DNA of 64,000 nt from an uncultured Actinomycetota bacterium (GTDB lineage Bacteria > Actinomycetota > Actinomycetes > Propionibacteriales > Propionibacteriaceae): contig CAVTFS010000012.1 in the NCBI GenBank assembly GCA_963734005.1, positions 127,322 to 191,321 of the forward strand, read 5' to 3'. Below, one piece after another: positions 62,758-64,000 of the stretch; positions within the stretch are counted from its first letter, which is position 1; each line of letters begins with the position of its first letter. The notes beneath the pieces are model-generated. The model saw only the letters and a list, made by a program, of their open reading frames with translations. It searched no databases and was not told the origin of the DNA. Position numbers and translations under genes: made by a program.

Positions 62758-63630
62758 TCATGGCTTGGTGATTGCGAGGTAGGACTCGGGCCGTCGGTCT
62801 CGGTAGAACTGCCAGGCGTTGCGCACCTGCCTGATCATGTCCAGGTCGAGGTCGCGGACCACGACGTCCTCGTGCTCATCGCTCCCCATCGCACCGACCA
62901 CGTTGCCCTGGGGATCGCAGAACTGGCTGGAGCCGTAGAAGGTGACGGCTAGCTCGCCGTACTCGTTGTCTTCCCGGCCGACTCGATTGGGTGCGGCGAC
63001 GAAGTAGCCGTTGGCCGCGGCGGCCGCGGGCTGCTCGATTTCCCAGAGCCGGTTGGAAAGTCCGGGTTTCGTGGCGTTCGGGTTGAAGACGATCTGCGCA
63101 CCGTTCAGGCCGAGCTCGCGCCAGCCTTCCGGAAAGTGGCGGTCGTAGCAGATGTAGACCCCGATCGGGCCGACGGCGGTCTGGAACACCGGGTATCCGA
63201 GGTTGCCGGGACGGAAGTAGAACTTCTCCCAGAATTTGTCGAGGTTCGGGATGTGGTTCTTGCGGTACTTCCCGAGCACGCTGCCGTCGGCATCGACCAC
63301 CACGGCGGTGTTGTAGTAGACGCCCGGCTGATCCTCCTCATAGATCGGCAGTACCGTGACCATCGACAACTCAGCGGCAAGCGCAGCGAAGCGCCGCACC
63401 ACAGGTCCGTCGTCGGGTTCGGCATAGTCGTAGTACTTGGCGTCCTCAGTGATGCCGAAGTAGGGGCCGTAGAACAGCTCCTGGAAGCAGATCACCTGCG
63501 CATCCTGAGCCTTCGCCTCTCGCGCGAACTGCTCGTGTTTGTCGAGCATCGACTCCTTGTCGCCGGTCCAGGTCGTCTGGGTGATCGCCGCCCGGATCAC
63601 TGTCACGCTTCGCCTCCCCTTGAGTGTCAT
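62758..63630 (-). CDS. Nitrilase-family C-N hydrolase (beta-ureidopropionase-like; start possibly about 63606)
   Basis: CFQELF, KYRKNHIP, EKFYF, ICYDRHFPE (E-K-C triad). Confidence 0.9.
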   Translation of the reverse strand: MTLKGRRSVTVIRAAITQTTWTGDKESMLDKHEQFAREAKAQDAQVICFQELFYGPYFGITEDAKYYDYAEPDDGPVVRRFAALAAELSMVTVLPIYEEDQPGVYYNTAVVVDADGSVLGKYRKNHIPNLDKFWEKFYFRPGNLGYPVFQTAVGPIGVYICYDRHFPEGWRELGLNGAQIVFNPNATKPGLSNRLWEIEQPAAAAANGYFVAAPNRVGREDNEYGELAVTFYGSSQFCDPQGNVVGAMGSDEHEDVVVRDLDLDMIRQVRNAWQFYRDRRPESYLAITKP

Positions 63631-63715
63631 TCATTCTGACTTGTCAGCATCTCAGACGGCTATAGCCAGCTGCGACGCTGACAGGTCGGGGGCGATGCAG
63701 GGTGAGATCAGGGCG

Positions 63716-64000
63716 CTATCTGTTGGCCTCCGGATCTCCCAGGATTGTGGCTGCATAGTCGGGTACGTAGCTGAACTGCTCTCGCGGAGGCCTCTGATAG
63801 TTCGCGGTTGAGGTAAGTCGCTTGGGCAGCTCCACATCAGGAGCGGGTACCTCGGTGTAGGGGATGCTCGATAGCAGGTGCGCGATCATGTTGAGCCTGG
63901 CGTGCTTCTTAATGTCGGACTCCACCACGAACCATCGGTTGGTCGGGGTATCGGTGTGGAGCATCATCTCGTCCTTGGCCCGGGAGTAGTCCTCCCAGCG
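63716..64000 (-). CDS. ppk2: Polyphosphate kinase 2, C-terminal part (runs off the window)
   Basis: RWEDYSRAKDEM..HTDTP..WFVVESDIKKHARLNMIAHLL. Confidence 0.9.
   Translation of the reverse strand, partial: RWEDYSRAKDEMMLHTDTPTNRWFVVESDIKKHARLNMIAHLLSSIPYTEVPAPDVELPKRLTSTANYQRPPREQFSYVPDYAATILGDPEANR

Overview
High-GC actinobacterial DNA (canonical actinobacterial gene families; genus not determinable). The first ~13.6 kb is a mobile-DNA pile-up. It holds a tandem stack of at least six tRNA-derived attachment half-sites (tRNA-Pro, -Gly, -Ser and three -Arg), each with its own 11-12 bp-period arm-type repeat, and a decayed tyrosine-integrase element bounded by tRNA-Arg cores. It also holds an IS481 carrying an IS21 and an IS110 remnant carrying an IS3. 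The intact left non-coding end of that IS110 has bridge-RNA architecture, with guide segments matching the tRNA-Arg att core it sits in (CTACGGATC|TGAAGG). The rest is accessory metabolism and stress genes: cNMP-TrxB, a MalT-like regulator, modE-like/modABC/mop, a 78-bp-repeat membrane protein and two ECF sigma factors. It also contains an uncharacterised permease/GlcD/GlcF/LLM cluster, a MEDS-LuxR gene beside a diderm-type dnaK-grpE-cbpA-cbpM-clpB-trx operon, a PLP decarboxylase/ammonia-lyase/RraA cluster and a two-component system. It ends in an F420-LLM/hydA/nitrilase pyrimidine operon and a partial ppk2. Several single-base frameshifts may be assembly errors. All calls come from reading the sequence by eye; no searches were run.
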